Part shown: positions 23,401 to 37,945 of the stretch, piece by piece
How positions within the stretch are numbered: position 1 is the stretch's first letter
Layout of the letters: each line of letters opens with the position of its first letter
From: Podarcis tiliguerta
Taxonomy: Eukaryota
NCBI GenBank assembly: GCA_965153285.1
Contig: OZ229112.1
Length of the DNA: 64,000 nt
Direction: 5' to 3' (one strand)
Made by a program: the position numbers and the translations under genes
The notes under the pieces: generated by a model
The model's database searches: none
Told to the model about the DNA's origin: nothing
Seen by the model: only the letters and a program-made list of their open reading frames with translations

Positions 23401-25442
23401 ATGAAGCAAAATGTGCAGGCAGCCTTCTAAGCAACTTTTGTGAGATGAGTCATCTTGGCTATTTTTGCTCCTTCAGTGTTTTCAGTCAAAGGGTCAAATT
23501 AGAACTATGATTGATGAGTGCAATGTTTCGACACCAGACAATAGGAATTCCTGGGGTCCAAACAGCTGCTGTTTTCTAAAGCACTGCTATTTTCCACTTC
23601 CCTTTAGTGTACTTCTCTTTCCTGTTTATGTCTCAATTTTAGTTCCCTACTCCCCATTTCCCCTTCTTTTCTTCCAAGCAGCCAGGATGCATCTTCCCTG
23701 TAGTGGGTTCAAATGAGATCAGGTACCCCACAAGGAGTTATTCTCTGTATATACTATTGTTAAAGCCCTGCCCCATGTCAGATGCAAAATGTGAAAACTT
23801 TGCAAAGAGGAATAAGCTCTTGCTTTGTAGGAGCTGAAATCCAGGTACTCATTAAGAATCAAAGAATAAGTGCAACTACTCAGAAGTAGATCTTAATGGA
23901 CTTACAGGACTGCAGTCTTGGCTTTCTCATCTGTGTTAAGACCCAATCTGTGAACTTGACACTTTCCCCCAGTCTGTCATTGTTTAATACAGTTGTATAG
24001 TTAAAGGAGCTTGTGTAGTTTGGCAGGAAAGGAACAGGATTTATCAGCTCATTCCCAAAGCCTGTATGAGAAGCAAACTATTTTGCTTCTGACTTTACAG
24101 ATTTTTAATTGTTAAACAATAAATGTATAGGGTTTAAACTGTTAGTAATGCAAAGCTCAGTTGGCCTCTGCAACAACTCAGCACACTGTTAGCACCAGGA
24201 CAGGCACCAAAGAAAACCCCTTAGGGTCTGGATGTTGGAAGGCAATTTAAGTGATCACTGTATATCATTGAGTTGCACACTAAGAATGTCAGAAATAACA
24301 TAAAGGAGCTAGACACTGAACCATATTGCCATCTCAAACAAACTCGTTAAATAACATTATAGGTTGCATAGGGTATAGAGCATTGCTAAATGTCAAGCAC
24401 TAGCATTATATTCAGTTTATTGATATTATGCAAAAAAAAATGGTGGGTTTCAGGTGAATTCTTCTATGTTAGCTGTCATCTTAGCTAAATAATTCTTGCA
24501 TGGCTTATCCAGGACAATGAGAATCTGAAAAGTGACGATGAATACATTCACAGAACGTATCAGTAAACCATTTCAAATGTATGTTTCTGAAATGATCTAG
24601 GTTGTAATTAACCTTCACCTGTTCCTGGATCTTCACACCCTTCCAGTTGGGGAGATGCAAAAGGAGAGGCTTTCCAAGAGTAAATTATTGCACTAGGGCT
24701 CTGGAACAATAATTCATTCTGCATATGCAACACCTGCTGTATTGTGAAAATGGACCAGCCAACTCACTCTGCCAATTTACATGGGATTTTTCCTTACCCT
24801 TAAACAGGGACTGCCATGCAAGTTTTCCATGTACTGAAAGGAGAGCAGTGGGGTGACTTGTTTTTCCAGCACACAGCATAGTTCCCTAATGAGCTGCCCA
24901 AATGGAATGTCTCTACTGGATATGGGGAATAAAGTTACTAGATTGGGGTGAATTTCCATGGTCCATATACGTATGGATGTGGTACTTCACACTGTCAGTA
25001 ACATGGAAAATAAGGCACTGAATAAATTCATAGTAAGTCTCAATAAATTGATGTCTTATTGCTTTAACAAGATAATTGTTTTTTTAAGTCAAACAGTCAA
25101 TAGAAAGTTTATTGCAGAACTTTTTGGTTACCACATAAATATTACTGGCTACCCTAAAGGATTTTTAGTGGGTCACAAAGTTCATGCTCTTGGTCAGGAG
25201 TAGCCAGTGTGGTGCTCTTTCGATGTTGTTGGACTATACCTCCCATCATCCCTGACCTTTGGCTGTGCTTTCTGAAGCTGATGGGAGTTGTAGTTCAAAA
25301 ACTGGAGAGCACCACATTGTCTATCCCTGCTCGTGGACATGCAGTCATGCAGCATACATCAAAGCAGCACAGACATAGTTGCAAGTAATGGCAAAGAAAA
25401 TCAAGGGATGCTCACACAAGAATTTGTCAAGGGTCTCCTTAC

Positions 25443-25492
25443 CAAACAGTGAAATCCTATGCCTGACAAGAACTCCAAGTTTGCAGAATAGG
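25443..25492 (-). CDS. RYR2: RYR2 exon ~63 (50 nt)
   Basis: SLFCKLGVLVRHRISLF; AG/GT. Confidence 0.94.
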
Positions 25493-25538
25493 CTGAAGAC
25501 AAGGGGTAAATAAAAGAGAAGGGAGGGGAAAAGGAAAT

Positions 25539-25586
25539 AAAGGAAGGAAGGAAGGAAGGAAGGAAGGAAGGAAGGAAGGAAGGAAG
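25539..25586. repeat. (AAGG)n microsatellite ((CCTT)n in the pre-mRNA, upstream of exon 63)
   Basis: About 11 AAGG units. Confidence 0.92.
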
Positions 25587-27354
25587 AAAGAAAAATAACA
25601 GCTGATATATGAGCAGGAAAAAGCAGCATGATGTTTTGCAGAAAGAATTCAGTCTCTGAGCAGAATGTAGGACTGAGAGTACTATAAAAGTTTCCAAGAG
25701 CAGCTCTTGACAAACACGGTTAAGTAAGCACATATTGTAATTAAACAGAGAATAACTGACAATGACTATTTATACAAATGTCCTTAATGAAATCTCACCA
25801 CCAACAACAAAAAGTCACTGAAATTTTAGGAAGCAAAATGCAGTCAGTAGGCTAGTTTAATATCATCATTGCAATTTTAGAAGCGATAAAAGATTCTGAT
25901 TGAGACAAATATAAATGTTTGGTGGTAAAATATATTAAATTTATAAATGAGTAATCATGTTAAAACTTCCCTTTATTTTTAATGAATAATTTTATTGTTT
26001 AACACACAACCAACATCAGTTGCTATCCAACCCAAAGTTATTAAGATGTGCTTGAACCTATTAATTTAAACGGACTTAAGAACATCTCACTCAGTTGGGT
26101 AATCATTAATTTAAAAAATCCAAAGTAGATATGAACAATGAATTTACTTAATGGCTTCAATCCAAAGGTTCTATTTCACTGATGGAAAGTTCTTCCATTC
26201 ACCTAACACAAGCTCTGCTCACAGAAGGGCTCTTTCTGTGAAAGGAAGCATCTTCAATGAGCAGAACATAAAACAATCCCCCCTCTCCTCCCCTACACAT
26301 GGTTCTGGCCTAACATCCCCCCAGTCTTTTTTTAAGGGTCACATGGAGAAGGAGAGGTTGGAAAGCCCTGTTGCACAAATGACAGCCTTTGTGTAGGGCT
26401 TTCACTAGTGGATTCATGATGTGAATCCAACTCAATGTGTTTTGAGTCACTGTGGTGCTCATGAAAGCTCTCACGGCTAGGGAGACAGAGAATACAAAAG
26501 GTATAAGGAAATGGACAAATCTTGACATAAATGAAGTTACTTTTCATGACCAAATTCAGGTGTGTTTTTTTATAATAATGAGGGCTATTACGGACATTAA
26601 TTAATGTAACATACTCAGAACATACACAAAATAAATCAGATTTTAAAAATTGCCAGTTTTTCCAGATCCCCTCCACCAATAATTATTAATTTCTAAAAAT
26701 AGCAGTCATTACCAATGGTCTGCCCTGCCACACATTCCTCAGGCCCATATAATAAAAAAACCCAAGCCTATTCATCTTAGCCGTGCTGCCTGCACAGCCC
26801 CCTGTCTCTGAGGGCTCTTAGCAACATCTTCCAGAATTAATATCCTCCCTCTTCAGATGCCACTCAAAAGAAAAGTATACTTCCTGGCCTCTGACACATA
26901 ACACCAGTTATTACTGGTCACCGCTTAAACTGCCTGCATTCTAAGCTGTGATACAAAATGAAAATACTGTATAACTTACTGTACAAGCAATGTTAACGTC
27001 AATCAAAAGACTTTCTAAAGAAGGTAAGTCTTTGTTAACTACTTCTTCAACAATCCAGCACAACTTTTGCAATATACATAGAAAGCTGCCAGAGTCAGAC
27101 CATTGATCCAGCTTGTTTACTATGGGTTTACATTTCACTGGCTCTCCAGGGTTTCAGATGGGGTCACTCTCGGCTTTATCTGGAGATGCTGGAGGTTGAA
27201 CCAATGAGATACAGCCATTCTCATCAACGCATCTCATGTTGCTCATTCAGCATTGCACAACAAATGGGGCTTAGAGATTTCATGAAGTATTGTTAACTAT
27301 GTTATAAAACACATTAAAAAGAACCTCATGACTAACACCGAGAAAGAATCAATA

Positions 27355-27596
27355 CAGTGGTACCTCGGGTTACATACGCTTCAGGTTACATATGCTTCAG
27401 GTTACAGACTCTACTAACCCAGAAATATTACCTCGGGTTAAGAACTTTGCTTCAGGATGAGAACAGAAATTGTGCTCCAGCGGCAGCGCAGCAGCAGGAG
27501 GCCCAATTAGCTAAAGTCATGCTTCAGGTTAAGAACTGTTTCAGGTTAAGAACGGACCTCCGGAACGAATTAAGTACTTAACCCGAGGTACCACTG
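27355..27596. mobile_element. Tc1/mariner (Tigger-like) MITE
   Basis: TIR CAGTGGTACCTCGGGTTA...TAACCCGAGGTACCACTG; TA target duplications. Confidence 0.88.
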
Positions 27597-27654
27597 TATG
27601 AGTAACTCGCAACTCGCGCTCATTTAACTTGTGTGCATTCAGCTTTACATGCAA

Positions 27655-28001
27655 AGAAAGGGACCCCTGACCATTAGGTCCAGTCGCGGATGACTCTGAG
27701 GTTGCGGCACTCATCTCGCTTTATTGGCCAAGGGAGCCAGTGTACAGCTTCCGGGTCATGTGGCCAGCATGACTAAGCTGCTTCTGGTGAACCAGAGCAG
27801 TGCACGGAAATGCCATTTACCTTCCCGCTGGAGTGGTACCTATTTATCTACTTGCACTTTGATGTGCTTTCAAACTGCTAGGTTGGCAGGAGCTGAGACC
27901 GAGCAACGGGAGCTCACCCCGTTGCGGGGATTCGAACCGCTGACCTTCTGATCAGCCAGTCCTAGGCTCTGTGGTTTAGACCACAGCGCCACCTGCATCC
28001 C
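27655..28001 (-). mobile_element. Sauria SINE (full length)
   Basis: High similarity to 7080-7415 across its length; TTTACATGCA on both flanks. Confidence 0.88.
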
Positions 28002-29073
28002 TTTATGCTATTTACATGCATAGCGATAAACAAACAAATAAATAATAGAAAGGGAGCATCTGGGGAGAAAACTTTGGCAATGCCACCTTCCATTGAACCC
28101 AATTTTGGCATTACATACTATCCTTGGAATGTAAGTTGAGTTAAGAGTCACCTGTATAGAGGTTGCGTTTGCATGTCTAAGGCAATACATGTTATATGGG
28201 ATAATCAGAGGCTTATGAATTCCTTAAAAAAAACAAAACACCTTCTCCTTACTCTCGCTCACGGCAATTCACTGTAGAACCTCGCCCACTACAAAAATCT
28301 GCTTTGGAGGGTTCCCCAACTTTCAGAGCAGACGTGAGTGTGGGATGGAGTTTGAGTGACTGCAACAGGCAGGAAAGGAGGAGCACTTCCTGTTGTTTGA
28401 GTGGAAGTCTATTGCACTGGTTGGCAGCCACCAGTAGGCATTTCAACAGGATAGGCTAAAAATTTGTCGCATTTCCCCCCCAACAAAGTATGCAGGCAAC
28501 TGCAATATAACCAAGCAAGTAAAAAAAAATTGTTGAATATATTGGTGAAATCAACTGTTATGTATACATGAAATGTGAAAGTTAATACTAGAATACAGAA
28601 GATACTTCAATATTTTAAAGGGGATTTATATTCCAGACATTAAAAAACCCCATTAGCAGGCATATTGGAAAAACAAGATTAAAAAGGGAGCTTTGTTTTG
28701 TAGTTCAATTTATGCATCCCTCAATAAAAAAATCCGCCAATTAAACATCATAATGACTGTTTTAGTTCTTTTACCAAAAGAAGAAAAAAATCAGCAGCCC
28801 AACCTGCCCCCCACCCTGAAACATGAACCATCTAATTGAGTAGTTACAATGTGGGAAGTAAGAAGAGCTTAGGAAACAGTAGTGGAGATGAGAAAAGGAC
28901 AAGGAAATTATTAAGCTTAAAGTCTTGGGGAGCTGATCACTCTGTGAAATAGACATCTCCATGTAAATTTCCTTCTTCATGTAAATTTGCCTCTTCTTAG
29001 CTCGGTATGTATGCCCATAAATCTGCCTGTGTTTTGTAGTAAGCTAATGGGGTATTATATTTTATGTTTTTAC

Positions 29074-29195
29074 CTTGTCACCATTTCTTTCTCCTTATTT
29101 GAGGCATGCCCCCCGCTGCTAAGAGGCCTACTTGCAGCAGATAGGAAATACAGGCGATGGTTCTTAAAATACTGGTCGATCAAAGGAAGTACAAC
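29074..29195 (-). CDS. RYR2: RYR2 exon ~62 (122 nt)
   Basis: [40 protein letters not shown]; AG/GT. Confidence 0.95.
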
Positions 29196-29666
29196 CTGGA
29201 ATACATACATGAGAAAAAATGGGGGGGGGGGACACTTATTATCTCAAGGCTCCATCTCCCACAATTCTTATTCATGATGGTTCTCTCTAGATCTGACAAT
29301 GAGCCATCCCCATTAACTCTGACATCATCACCAAGTACCAGTGTGAACAGACTCAGTGAAAGTAGTCTACTTGAAGGTCTGCCAGGTTGCTTTCCCAGTC
29401 CCATGGGCTCAGGACACCAAAGGTGCAACCCCCCCCCCTTCAAAAGGAAAGCCTACAGGGCATGTCAAATGTTGGGACAATGTCTTCGCTTGAGCTTAGC
29501 CATGCATTTTACTTATATTATCATACATGAATACCCAGCACAAGAGTATGAGCTTGTGTCCCAGGTTCTTCACTGCACCTAACAAGTAATTAGCATTAAA
29601 TCTCCACTAGCTTTATATATAACACATTTGATAGCAATAAAAAAGGCAAAAGAGAATATACTTTAC

Positions 29667-29731
29667 TTTAGCAAAGAACTTGATTTCTTGTTCATAAGGA
29701 AATTGTTCTCCTTTGCCTCTGCTGCCACCAT
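29667..29731 (-). CDS. RYR2: RYR2 exon ~61 (65 nt)
   Basis: DGGSRGKGEQFPYEQEIKFFAK; AG/GT. Confidence 0.94.
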
Positions 29732-30719
29732 CTGTATAAGAAAAGATAAACTATTGTTTTTTAAATGTAGCCTTTTCTATTATTCTTAAACCATATTTCT
29801 CATATATTGAATTGCATACATTCATATACGGTATGTAGGTAGCAATTTTATCCCTAACAGGTTTCTCCCTTTTTATCAGCAAAAGTGTGGCAACTGGTTT
29901 AATCTCAGTGGTAGCGATCTATAATTGCTTGCAAAAACCCCTAGTTCCTCCATTACTATTTCAAGATTGAATCAGCCTCCACCCTGAACTTAACACCATG
30001 CCTCTCCCCCCCCCCCCACTTTTTCTTTTAAGTAACTAGGACAAGGAAATGACAGGGCCTGTCAGAAACAATCAGACTAGATAATACTACTCTCAACCCC
30101 TACCCAAATCATGAGTGTAGGTGAAAATTTATTATTGCATATTAAAATTGAATACTGCATATTAAAAAAGGAATAAGGAAGGAAGGGCAGTCACCAAATA
30201 GATAGCTTGAACGCTGGAGTGTATTACAAATCATCGGAACATAAATTTTCAAGACAATGCTCATTTGCATACTGGTATGAAATTTATTTAAACTAGACAG
30301 ATTGCTTCCATTTTATATTTGTTTAAAAATTAAGACATATACCGAATGTTTTCTTCTTCTCTTCTTTACGAACTTTATGATCTATTTATGTAAGACCCGC
30401 ATTCTTTATATATGAACATGTGATGTACGATGTGAAGTTGCTCATTCATTTTTTCTACTAAACAGTAATACTAATGTTAAAAACTTAATGATTTCCAACA
30501 TTTTTTGGAGGACGCAATGGTCTTGTTCACATGACATGCTAAGCCAAACCTCCTCTCCAGGGAAGGAGCTCACAGACACTTTGCTTCTCCCCAGCCCTTT
30601 CTGATGCCATGCCAAGCTAATTCAAGGTTTGGCCTGGGGCTCAGGGCTAAGTTATTTCCTCGCTAACCATGATCTCTAACCAATGTTAAAATACAAAATA
30701 TTTATTTACAGTGACTTAC

Positions 30720-30835
30720 CAAACTCCAGAATATACTGATGGGCTTCATCCACATATCTTATCAGCTGCTGAAGAAAACTGTAAGCAAATCGTTTCTCGA
30801 TGGAAGGCGTGTCTAATTCTAGATCCTTTAGACCT
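30720..30835 (-). CDS. RYR2: RYR2 exon ~60 (116 nt)
   Basis: [38 protein letters not shown]; AG/GT. Confidence 0.95.
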
Positions 30836-32004
30836 CTAGAACGACAAGAGCTTTCACTCAAACTTAGAACCGAAAAAGTAGCTTTTTTGTACAAAAACAT
30901 GCAAATTATCACAAAGTTAGCTGTGGCCTTGTATATTCATCTACCTGCATATACTTTTAAAGTAATTTAGATTAAACTCATATTAATACAGCAAAAAATG
31001 TTTCTGTATGTCATGAATTTTTGTTTCTCTTTTCAGTTTGGCATCATTTTGCCTTGATTCAGATTTTAACCCAAACCACTGCATTGGCAAGTCTTAATAT
31101 GAGCCTCAGATTCTCCTCTCTCTAATTCTCCTTCAATATTATTATTCCCTGCTGCTTGGTGGCAAACTATATCTTCAGGTTACATCCAAATCAGCTATCT
31201 GTATCCCATCAGCTGGACAGATCAACTGTCACTAGAGAAAATGGCACCACTGTATAGGAATTTTCCTTAAATTCCTCCTGTACTATCCTTCTTATTTTAA
31301 GGATTTGATGAAAAAGTCTGATTGGGTGGCCTTTACAGCTTTCAGCTGTTTTAGGATGAGAAATATGTCATATTTTATAGTATTATTACTTCATGAGCAT
31401 TTCAGTTTTACAAACAAAAATGCACATATACTGGTGATAGTCAACTAAATTTTGCTCAGAGTAGACCTGTTTAAATTAATGAAGCTAACTTAGTCATCTT
31501 TATTAATTTAAATGGGTCTGTTCTGAGTAAAAGACTTAGGCCCAGATTGAACTGACCAGATGCCAGCACGAGGGCTCCTCTTAGTGCAACAAGGTTCCCT
31601 ACGTCCACCCGGCTACCCCAAATTCACGCTGGAATTCAGGAGAACCCCCAAAAGAGTGCAAGGGCGAAGAGGAAGGGCCATTCCACCTGGAAGCAGAAAT
31701 GCTTGCACTGACAAAAACTCTCAGAAGAGCGCAATGCTGAATTCTTCCCAGTGGTTTTGTAGCTGTCGTCCAGTGTTCAGGAAAAGTTCCGAAACAGAAA
31801 ACAAAAAGAACTTTGCAAATATTTCAGATTTACTACTTGATTCACATTTTAAACAAAAACTAAACTTCCTGCCTTTTGTGTGCATATGTGTGCGTGCATA
31901 TGTATTATTAAATAAATAAATAATACACACACCATATGGCAAAGGTTTAACTCAGCATTGTTTACCTTTTACCTAAAATCTATTGCAACACAGATTAGAA
32001 TTTA

Positions 32005-32142
<138 letters not shown>

Positions 32143-33582
32143 TTAGAAAAATGACACCATAGTTAAGGCTGAGGGGTGGCCAACTTAGGATATATTGTGA
32201 ATAACTTCAAAGAGGGTTATATTACTGTTTTATTCCAAAATGCCCATAATAAACTTCCACAATTCATTAAGCACATTACGGTTTAGTCATAGGTTAAAAA
32301 TATATATATACATTATGCAAAAAAGTACAACATTTAAAAACATAAAAGATTTGACAATTCAAATGCCAGAATCAAGGGGTCCTCACTGCCATAGCAAGTT
32401 TGTGGGGTGCAGAGGAAGAATTATTGGGCCAGAGCAGGTGCCTCACAGAAACAAGGCACGGGCCATGCTTGCTAAGGTCCCACGTTGGTGAAAGAGAGAC
32501 CGCAACAACAGAATGAGAGTGGGAAAGTATCCAGAAGATCAGTTTCATGTGGGATGGGAAATAGCAAGACACTCCTAAGGCTGGAGGAGATCTCCCAGAG
32601 AAAGAGCTGCCTTATAAGTAGCTAATTTGGGTAACCACTTCACACCTGCCTCTCCTCTCAAGGAGACTAGTTTATTAGATAGAGGTTGGGCCTGGCTTCA
32701 GTGTCGCAAGAAAGACATCACAGCGGTCTAACTATGCCCATCTCCCTAAGGATCTTGTAGGGAGGGAGTACAACTAACCACTTTCACACTGGCCTTAGCT
32801 GATGCACGTACTTCATCTTCCTTCAACAAAGTTGTGGTCTGTTTAATCCAAACCATTCATGTCTGCATCTTCTTCCTCCCAAGGCCCGAGGGAGGAGGGG
32901 CGCTGAGCAGCTCCATCTCCCAGTGCATAACACAATCAACTTAAATCTATGCACTACTCGTGAGGCAAGTCCACTATTCTTTCATTACCTCATCATTTGT
33001 AGGGTTAATATATGGATTTTTAAAAAATGAATTTCTCCCCACCTAGAATTCTTGAAAAGGGAGTCAGAGAATCACTTCTGCTTCTCCAAAGTGCTTTTTT
33101 CAATGCACTGCGGGTTAAAGCCATTATTTGATGCTCCCACCCTGCCTCATGGAAGGCTGTTCTACAGTATTCTTTGCACAGAGATATTAAGCATCAAAAG
33201 GGAACAGAGCACCAAATGAGTGCCTAATAACCCACTAAAAACCAGACATTAAAGACGTCAGCACATGATATATTATATGCATTTCTGATATGCTGTTTAA
33301 CAGTTGAATACAAATATTAAAGAGGATGGCAAGCAATATGTCTGCCTAGCAGGAGAAATTGGTGCAAGCAGGGCAGAGTTGCCCACCTGCCTTCCAAATA
33401 TCAGGCATCCCTCATGGTTCCTAGGGAGAAGGACGAGGCATGGAATGTGTGCAGCATTGGTGTCCTGACACCATACTCCCACACCTTTCTGAATTCCCCA
33501 CTCTTCACCATCTCCCTCTCAGGAACCAGCAGTGACACTTAGTGATCAGAAGACACAAGAGCAAAGTTGCCCTCTGTCCTGC

Positions 33583-34027
33583 CAGTGCTGGATTTACGTA
33601 ATAGCTAAACAAGCTACAGCTTAGGGCCCCACTCTCTTGGGGGCCCCCAAAAAATTTAAAGGGAAAAAAAACCCTGGGTGTACATTTCCAAAAAATAAAA
33701 TAAAACCTACATACAGCAACTGTGTTTTGTGTTGTAAGTAATGATGTAAGTAATGGGCTGCCAATCATTTTAAGTTAGAGCTTAATAATTATTTCACTAT
33801 TAATATACTTCTTAATTGTATTTCAGTTCAACAATTACTTTGTTAAAATACATATTTTCTTATGTGCAAATGGCTTTAGATACCTATTAGGTCCATAAAT
33901 TACCATATAGCATATATTCAACACAAAAAACAGCAACGATTTGCTGTTGACAAAGGACAGCTGGACATATAAAGGGCCCCATTACCTTCAGTGGCTTAGG
34001 GCCTCATCAAACCTAAATCCAGCCCTG
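33583..34027. mobile_element. Non-autonomous hAT element (445 bp)
   Basis: TIR CAGTGCTGGATTTA...TAAATCCAGCCCTG; 8-bp TSD TGTCCTGC/TGCCCTGC. Confidence 0.8.
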
Positions 34028-34596
34028 TGCCCTGCCCTGCCTGTAACTGCTATGATAGAAATGAATCTTTGCTAAAACTTTTCCAGTAGAATAAAGGAAA
34101 GAAGAATCAAAAATATGACTCAACTTTGCAAAGCTAAACACACTTTCCAGCACATTACCACCCCCTCACTGCTAAAACAGGCAACGCTTGACTTTATCTT
34201 CTGAGGTTTTAAACTGCATTTTGCTTTTTTTCTATTATCTGTTTTCATACTTACAGTTGGGAATGAAAATCCTCAATCTGACAAGATGTAGTTATTAGGT
34301 TGTCATTTAGCTAAAAGATAATTTCTCACAGTTCTATATTGTGGGCATCAGTCAAGAATTAATGTATTCTCTGCTAGCAACATCTTTTTACCTACTAAGG
34401 CATGCACTTTAACTTGGATAAGGCAAGGAAGACATTGAAGCAAATGCTTGCCTTTAGATTTTGACATAGTATTCTAAAGGAACATGGCATTGAAAGGTTT
34501 AAAAAGTAGATATAGCAAATTATGAGGTGGGATAGGAGTTTAAAATGGTTGGCAAAGACAAGTCGTGTTTGGATGGCTTCTGTCTGTGTATGTTTT

Positions 34597-35220
34597 AATG
34601 CGGCAGCTAAAAAAGCCAATGCAATTCTGGGCTGCATCAATAGGAGTATAGCATCTAGATCAAGGGAAGTAATAGTGCCACTGTATTCTGCTCTGGTCAG
34701 ACCTCACCTGGAGTACTGTGTCCAGTTCTGGGCACCACAGTTCAAGAAGGACACTGACAAACTGGAACGTGTCCAGAGGAGGCCAACCAAAATGGTCAAA
34801 GGCCTGGAAATGATGCCTTATGAGGAACGGCTAAGGGAGCTGGGCATGTTTAGCCTGGAGAAGAGGAGGTTAAGGGGTGATATGATAGCCATGTTCAAAT
34901 ATATAAAAGGATGTCACATAGAGGAGGGAGAAAGGTTGTTTTCTGCTGCTCCAGAGAAGCGGACACGGAGCAATGGATCCAAACTACAAGAAAGAAGATT
35001 CCACCTAAACATTAGGAAGAACTTCCTGACAGTAAGAGCTGTTCGATAGTGGAATTTGCTGCCAAGGAGTGTGGTGGAGTCTCTTTCTTTGGAGGTTTTT
35101 AAGCAGAGGTTTGACAACCATATGTCAGGAGTGCTCTGATGGTGTTTCCTGCTTGGCAGGGGGTTGGACTCGATGGCCCTTTTGGTCTCTTCAACTCTAT
35201 GATTCTATGATTCTATGATT
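34597..35220 (+). mobile_element. CR1 LINE 3' fragment (ORF2 C-terminus still open)
   Basis: [50 protein letters not shown]...; (ATTCTATG)n tail. Confidence 0.93.
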
Positions 35221-35664
35221 CATATTGTAGGAAATAACATGTTTTGAAAAACTCTGAGGCCTTATTTTTTTAAATTTAATAGCTGATATATACATCAAGA
35301 ATTACTAGGTGGGATAACCCATACTGTGTATCAGTATTATTTTGTTCCAAAATTATTCCCAAATCAATATCTTCAAAATACACAATGATTTCTTTGTATT
35401 TTTTTGCATAGTATCATTAGTATATGTAGCCCTTCATACATATGGAAGCCAAAACAAACCCTGGTCCCTGCTGTACTACTCAGGCCAAATATTTTTATTA
35501 ACTTCCAGAATGCATTTATATGTTCTAAACATATGTATATCTGAATCTATACCCCTATAAACCTGGGTGAATTATTGCAATCCTGTTTTTTTTAAATTAA
35601 TGGTTATTGTTAGGAAACCCAAGCTAATAATTCACGTTTGTAAAACTATAAGCAAATTCTTTAC

Positions 35665-35740
35665 CTTTTGCTTCAAGCTCCATCTTCTTTTTCTTTGCCC
35701 ATATATTGTGATAGTTTTCAGCCATCATTTCAGCCATAGC
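35665..35740 (-). CDS. RYR2: RYR2 exon ~58 (76 nt)
   Basis: [25 protein letters not shown]; AG/GT. Confidence 0.95.
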
Positions 35741-36489
35741 CTGATGAAATAAAAGGATTTGTTTCATAACAGCTAATCTTAAGTCATGCTTGTTATGCAT
35801 TTTTGTTTTATTGTTTTAGGATATGGCAGTCAGCTTCACAATAGCCAATTTTAAATGAAGCTTCTTTTGCATTTATTTTTACATTATTATGCTTTTGCTA
35901 AAGTTGCAAAGGTGCACTTCAGATCCGCCCCCGACCCAATAATTAGCTTCCTAGTACATTAATTTTACAAATCTAAGCTTCAAGAAATGATCTCAAACAT
36001 TAGAAATGTTTGCTTTAATGCAGAGAATTGGTAAAAACTGTCACGCAACAGATTTCTCCTCTGCTACATTGGCTCTTATCCCTAATCACTGCCATGGCAC
36101 AGAATTAATTGTTATTGCAGTTCTTAATTGTTCTAACTGATTTATCTTCTTGAAATTTTTTTTCAAACCAAAAAACTACTCAAGATACATTGAAGAAGCT
36201 GTACGCTGTTCTCTGCTTGGGACTACTCTTTGTAGTCCACTTTTTGTAACCGAAATTATAATACAAATGTTGAATTTAAGCACCTACAATAGCACCCACT
36301 AGTTTTTGCTGCAAAGACTAACCTGCTTAATCCTCTGGAAATTCTTAAAATTGTACAGATGTCATATATATTTATGAATGATAGCTACCAGAGGATAAGC
36401 AGGGAACTTGCATTGTACAAACACGGTGAAAGAAACAAAAGCTTTCTTAAATGTTTCTAATACATGACATTAGCTGTGATATGACTTAC

Positions 36490-36567
36490 ATGCAGTTCTC
36501 TGGAGAGGGTAACATTACTCATGTCAATTGCACGAGGGCTATAACCATGGACAGTATCTACAGAAAC
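36490..36567 (-). CDS. RYR2: RYR2 exon ~57 (78 nt; S2814-equivalent site)
   Basis: VSVDTVHGYSPRAIDMSNVTLSRELH; AG/GT. Confidence 0.94.
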
Positions 36568-37945
36568 CTGAGTAAATATTAACAGATGTGTAAAAAAAGT
36601 AAAAAGAATAACCAAATACAAGTTAAAAAGTTAAATGACAACTTACAAAGGATAAGAGGTTTATTAACAAATCCATCGGGAAAGAGGGAGCAATTGACAA
36701 TCAGCCTACAAATATTTCTCTATTAAAATGCAAAATGCTGCAGATTAATAAGAGTTAGGCACAGTCCAGATAATATTTTTTTATAATAAAAAAACATTGT
36801 TAGTACAATACTGACGTTTTGGGGACTTTATGAAACTGCATTGTGCCAATTTTCCATTTATCTAAATGAATAATTGGCCTGTGCAAGGAATCACAGTGAA
36901 ATCAAATAGAAATGGAACCAAAAGATGAGACATGCTGAGCATTAATACAATATTCTTCCAAAAACTACAGGTACATGATACAAATTTCTGCTTGAAGAAA
37001 TGGTCTATCTACTGGAAAAGGCAAAGAATATTTTAAAGAAATGAATGCTGCCATTTCTCTTTCCCCAGAATCTCTCTTGAAACACTATCCAGAAAAATAA
37101 TAATGGACTTGGTTGTAGATTAAAGTTATTTTCTAGAAAATACTGCAATCCTGATAATCATTTATCAGGAATAGTTGCGATTACCTATACAGAGCAATCC
37201 AAACTCCTGACCTGCCAAGCTAGAGGAGTTAGGATGTGATGGAAATCTTGCTCCACAGGGTTCCACTGGGTTTTTTTTGGGGGGGGGGTGTCTGCTACCA
37301 TGGAGGTCTCTGTTTCATGTACCAACAGCAGAAGCAAACATCCCTCTCCCTTCAGTAACAGCCAGCATAAACCCCCAAAACTGGGTGGGGAGGAAACAGA
37401 CTTGGTTAGCGAATGTTCCATTGGAACATAAGCCAATCCAGTTACCAGCAATGAACCTAATCTGAGTCTCTCTGCTGTACCAGCCTGGAGCTGGCAGAGC
37501 AAAGAACAACAGTTGTGTATCACCTTCTGCCCTAGGCCAGCATAAGCAGCAGAACCTCAGATATGGTGGTGGCTCCAACACTCCACTGAACTCTGATGCT
37601 CCTGGCCAGGAGTTGGGATTGCAGCTCTAAGACTCTTTAAAAATAGCAAGTTTAAAAAAACACATACAAAATAGTGTCACAACACTGTATAATTCAGTCT
37701 GTATTACTTGATTCATTCAAAACTGCACACACAGCTTTATAATTTTCCTCACCTCTTTTCCCTACATGTGCAACACAACTGAAGTACAGCAGCAAATGAA
37801 GCTGGCACCTGATTATTTTTCATGACGATAGTATGCCAAATCCTCCTCTACATCTAAACTAGTCCTTTATATTTATTAACCATTGGATGCCTGAGATTAT
37901 GTTACGCGGTAGAAGCAAACACTTGCAGCATGATACAGGATGTAC

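Noticed and set aside
20692-26702. Two perfect MEF2 sites CTAAAAATAG (20692-20701, 26693-26702)
   Set aside because: A couple of such matches is not far above chance in 64 kb of AT-rich DNA; no supporting motif cluster visible.
32370-32930. GC-richer stretch possibly derived from a retroelement
   Set aside because: No peptide or terminal motif I could identify with confidence.
34522-35049. 175-aa ORF on the + strand as a possible antisense gene
   Set aside because: It is the C-terminus of CR1 ORF2.
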